Positions 59,631-64,000 of a stretch of 64,000 bases of DNA are shown here, piece by piece. Under the pieces are notes generated by a model. That model worked only from the letters and a program-made list of their open reading frames with translations, did not search any database and was not told the DNA's origin. A program made the translations under genes and the position numbers. Numbering within the stretch: position 1 is the first letter of the stretch; every line of letters starts with the position of its first letter. The stretch comes from Paragordius varius. Taxonomy: Eukaryota > Animalia > Nematomorpha. Location: the NCBI GenBank assembly GCA_964247055.1, contig OZ176053.1, positions 8,804,001 to 8,868,000 on the forward strand. The letters are read 5' to 3'.

Positions 59631-60968
59631 CATTGCACTTCAAGAGTGTCCTTGTACATTTTAACCATTTCAAGTTCAGAACACTTCAAAGTTGGTCCTT
59701 AAAATTTTTTAAATTTTGATTTAACCATAATTTTTGCATGTATATTTTATTATTTTTTAACCTAATTTTCGTTATTATATATTTATTCATTTAAAAATAA
59801 AGATTTTTATTTTAAATGTCCTTTAGATTTTACATATTTATTATTTTTAAAATAGTCACTAAAAAGTTTGTTACATTTTAACCATTTGCTACTGTTAGAT
59901 TTTACACATTTATTATTTATATAAAAAAAGTCATTAAAAAAATATGTTAAATCTTAACCATTTGCTACTGTTAATTTGCTTGTAAAAATTAAAAAGATTT
60001 ATAATGCGGTATTTTAAATGTATTATAAAGGCAAATAACAACTGGAATTTATAGATTAAAGATAAGAAATGCGGTATCTTAAGAGGACTTTACAAAGGGA
60101 AAAAATTGTTTTAATTAAGAGATTGATTAAAGAAAATTTAATTTATTGGTCTATAAATGTTAGATTTACATATAAAAGGAGAAAAATTGATTTAAATATC
60201 AGACACTTTATGAATACCAACTGGAATTTATAGACTATAAAAAAACATGGATTAAAAACGGAAATACACACTAGCAAAAGTTAAATATTGGTTTATAAAA
60301 TCGTATCAAACAAGATAAATACTGTTACAGTATGAAAATATGCATTCGATTGAATTAAGCTTAAAGAATATTAGATCTATTAAACATTAGTATAAATATA
60401 TAGGACATAGTCGATTGGATTTATTTTACCAGTAAATGTCAAATATATCTTCATTTTATTTCATACATATCTTTATATAAACTTATCATTATATCCCTAG
60501 AAGTCAACTCGACCCCTGACGCAACTAGACGGCTGTCACTGAACCACCATTGACTGGTGTTTGGAAGGGCAGCAAGGGACGTCTTTTGTGGACAGTGGCG
60601 ACGTGGGTCTGCTACACCCTTTTCTTGATACACCTTGATACGACTTTTTTGCTTCAAACTAATTTTTTTCCAATTTAACATAATTATTAACTTTTAAATG
60701 TTTTCAATGAAAAATTGGTAATAATAATATACAAAACTTATAAATTTTTAATTACATGTTATAATCTTATCAATATTAAAATTAATTTTAAAGAAATTAT
60801 ATAAGCTTTCTGAATGATCGAAAGTAGGTAGTGATTTGAAGTTCGTGTTTAATAAAATAGAAATGATAAAATAGATTAGGAATACACAATTTGATTGATA
60901 TAAGTTATAAAACAAAAAAGTTAAAAGACCAACTTGAAGTGTTCAAGGACACATTTGAAGTGCAAATG
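59631..60968. mobile_element. Candidate inverted-repeat-bounded (foldback/MULE-like) element
   Basis: 59631-59700 cattgcacttcaagagtgtccttg[25 nt]aacacttcaaagttggtcc is the reverse complement of 60921-60968; internal repeats of ttaaccatttgctactgtta; no TSD recognised. Confidence 0.4.
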
Positions 60969-60969
60969 A

Positions 60970-61620
60970 TATATTTAAGATTCTTTGTTGCCTTTTTAAC
61001 ATGTCGCTTTCGTTTTATTCTCTTTATTTTCATTTGTGTTACATATTTCATATGCTTCACTTTTAGCCTGTAGGAAAGGTTAATAAAACATCCGACCAAG
61101 ACTTTTTCATTTTTGACTTTTACGTCCACATATGTTTTGGCTTCCTTTATCATTGTTACTTTCAGATTTATCAAATCTTCATCGGCAGTTGCTTCTGCGG
61201 GCTGCTCAGTCAAAACTTGCTCTGATTTATCTTTCTTTTATTTCACTATTTTTTAATGTTACAACTATTTGGATGGCCAGTCATTGCCAGTTTGTGTTGG
61301 GCGTCTTTAAATATACGTTTTAATTAAAATTAATCTTCTATATTTTTGCGGTAAAAAATGAAATCGTTTGATTGGTTTGTTCCAGATGGGTATGTTGACA
61401 ATGTGTGGTGTAAAATTGGAATGCAATAGGTGAAAGAGATGCAGAAGGAAATATGCTACTAGATTTTTGAAGCAATTCGAATCGAGGCATTCGTGGATGT
61501 TCATGAAATACTTTCCATCTTCCTTAATATGACAATTGTTATCCCCATTGATGATCGGATATCGTTTACATCATTATTATTGTTTGTTATTGTGTATGAA
61601 TCATACTTAGGGTTGTGCAT
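60970..61620 (-). pseudogene. Possible decayed coding sequence of unknown origin
   Basis: Somewhat higher GC with short, protein-like open stretches in shifting frames (MHNPKYDSY.., HEHPRMPRFELLQK.., EQVLTEQPAEATADEDLINLKV..). No motif recognised. Confidence 0.2.
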
Positions 61621-61950
61621 TTGACTGTTTTTCAAAAAAGTCCCGTCAGACCCAGTCAGACCATGGTCATGACCACTTTTTACCTAAGTAAGTATCATGC
61701 GATATTGGATTGTCAAAATAATGTTCGAATTACACTTGCGTTTCACTAATAATATCATGTTTTTTTAAAAAGTTTGTATTATACATTTTTTTGATATTTA
61801 TTATTTACAAATATTATCATTCGAATTTAATCACGAAACTATTTTTAAATGAATTTTTCCACATGTTTGTGGCCTTCTGATTCATCAATACATTTTTCTA
61901 TAGGAATATATTTCATCATTATATTTTTTGAGTACACTGCGTATCTAAGT

Positions 61951-63087
61951 TAATGTGACCAGATATTTAGAACCCTGACGCAGTACAGAATTAAATACTT
62001 TGTCCATTTTTGCACCAGATTTTCGTCTTATATAAATGATACTGTTCGTTACTATTTATAAGCTCATTAGAAACAATTGAAAATATCCAACAAATAAATT
62101 TATTTTTCTACCAGGGATTGGAACCCGAACCGTTTTAGTTTCGGTCCGGTTCCATTCGATTTTGGCCTAAATTTTGGATTTTATTCCAATTCTATTTTTG
62201 ATAAACAATTTATAAGTGATAATACTCAAAAACGAACAAATAATACCAATAAATGAAAAATTTATAATTAAATATTAAATTTGTTTTAACGCCTCATAAA
62301 ACACAAAGGCACGGAAAAGAAAATTTAAAGAAAAGAATTGATAAAAAAATTATTTGTTATGCGTGTGTGTCAAAATTAAAATAGGTCTAAAATTTGTTTA
62401 GGTAAAAATAAATGAATAAGAAAATTGGCTAAAAATTAAAGTTGAGGGAAGTAAAAATTAAGAAATATCACTCCCACCTAATGAGATTGTAAAACGTAAA
62501 ATTTAAATTTTTTACGAAAAAAAGGTTATATTGAAATTATGAGCCAAATATAATGAATTTTAAAAATAATATGTTACGGAATTAATTTTAAAAATTTTCC
62601 GTAAAAAAACTTAAACAAAATTTTATTTAACTGAAATTTATATGAAACAAAAATGAATTTACAAAACTTGATCAAATTACTAAAATATAAATTTATTTTG
62701 TATTTATTTTAAATTTAAAACCGCTTTTGCGGAACCCCGAAATGAAAAGGCCATTAGCCTAAATGAGTCTGATTTTATAGTTCCGCCACTGCGCGAATGA
62801 CTGGATTCATAAGCGATTCCGGTCAAAAACCCAATTCCATGTATAATTAGGGCTGAAAATTAAAATTCTAAAAAAGCCATAGTTTGTCACCCCAAAAGAA
62901 ACCATTTATTTTAACAAAGGGTACTCTATCAAATTCTACAAAATTTCTATAAATAAAAGGTAATTAAGACATATGTATAAAAAAAATTTATTTCAAAAAG
63001 CAGTACAAAAGTCAGCGCAGTACAGGCGCGGTGTTTTTTCGAAAACCCAGTACTGTACTGCGAAAATCAGCCTATCTGGTCACTTTC
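61951..63087. mobile_element. Non-autonomous hAT element, 1137 bp
   Basis: Perfect 8-bp TSD ATCTAAGT (61943-61950 and 63088-63095), TIR TAATGTGACCAGATA / TATCTGGTCACTTTC, same family as 30868-32880. Confidence 0.88.
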
Positions 63088-63942
63088 ATCTAAGTGAATC
63101 GGGAATTTTCAAAAATATTAAAAGATAAATTGTAGTTCTTTTTTGGGTATACAAATCATGTAAGAGGGTTGTGTAAACCTATTTCATCTTCAATACCAAT
63201 AAACAATGATTGTTTTAGGTATTACCCATATAAAGTCAAATTTAATTAAACTTGACCCCTCGGTAGAATTACCCTATGTTGTAAATGAGTTTGGAAGCAG
63301 TTACTTGTAACCTAAAATCATATGGATTCAATCATGGTTTTACAATTTCCCAAAGGCAAATATCTCAGCGCTTATTGTAAACCAAAACAAATAAATATAT
63401 TGAATAATTGGCCGGAAAGCGTTTGATCTCATTTAAAATCAACTATGGCCTCACATATTTTTCGTTGATGGCCGATTATAGCAGAGGCAATTTTAAATAA
63501 ACTGTTTTTGGCCACCACCTGCACCTGAATATCGCTTCTAAATCAAAAATCTTTAATCGTCAATCCCAAATTTCCCACACATATTAGTTGAAAAAGCGTA
63601 TATCATAATACCTTCTCAATAATATAGTAATTTTTAAATGAAGCATTAGCTTTCATCAAAGTAATTTTATTTAACAACATGTGTGTGATTTTCATATTTT
63701 CTGATATGGAGGAGTTATCAGAAAAGCGGTGTCACTTTCATATACTAAGGCCTGAAACAAAGGACCATAATAATCATGATACATATTCCTATTAAATTCT
63801 TTGGGATAGTTTTATCCCTGCTTTTGTTCAGAGGGAATTTGAGGCTTTCTCATATTATTAGTCAAAGAGGTTTATAATATAATTCAATAATATATTTAAA
63901 TAAAGCATTAAGCTACCACTAAAATACGAAAATTAATCAGTC

Positions 63943-64000
63943 GGATAAAAAACATTCACTTCAGTCCTTCGATTTAAATCGGGGTTTCGTCCCCTGGGCT
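63943..64000. mobile_element. Start of another TTAA MITE family copy, cut by the window edge
   Basis: ggataaaaaacattcacttcagtccttcgatttaaatcgggg matches the left end of the 10223 and 31269 copies. Confidence 0.55.

Noticed and set aside
63250-63700. Stop-riddled protein-like stretch on the minus strand (KIFDLEAIFR..SAINEKICEAIVDFK)
   Set aside because: Possibly a dead TE ORF, but no recognisable motif or boundaries.
1-64000. Species assignment from tiny introns or AT content (dicyemid, orthonectid, myxozoan or nematomorph)
   Set aside because: Cannot be decided without a database search; only an invertebrate metazoan origin is supported by the gene set.

Overview
Very AT-rich eukaryotic (invertebrate animal) genomic DNA. 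There are no prokaryotic features or CRISPR arrays. I did not assign a species. Six protein-coding genes were assembled by hand from splice sites and remembered homology: a partial PNPLA8/iPLA2-gamma (-), CADPS (+, 24 exons), an intronless carbohydrate sulfotransferase (+), an unrecognised ~855-aa low-complexity protein (+), ITFG1/LINKIN (-, 16 exons) and a GABPA/Ets97D-type ETS factor (+, 12 exons). There is also an intron-containing tRNA-Leu(CAA). Non-coding DNA is packed with non-autonomous transposons: TTAA-flanked MITEs, hAT elements with 8-bp TSDs, decayed Buster-type hAT transposase, RTE LINE fragments, a tRNA-Lys-like SINE, Helitron ends and a ~2.8-kb higher-order satellite. The most striking signal is a class of ultra-short GT-AG introns (21, 21, 23, 23, 24, 24, 25, 26 nt). 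Most are needed to restore reading frames or conserved motifs. They cluster near gene 5' ends and coexist with ordinary 55-5000 nt introns, and three of them are in-frame and stop-free, so ORF-based annotation would miss them. Divergent gene starts are also extremely close: 65 bp ATG-to-ATG for ITFG1/GABPA, and 31 bp between the tRNA and the PNPLA8 ATG. All protein identifications come from recalled motifs, not database searches. No transcript evidence was available, and coordinates were counted by hand.
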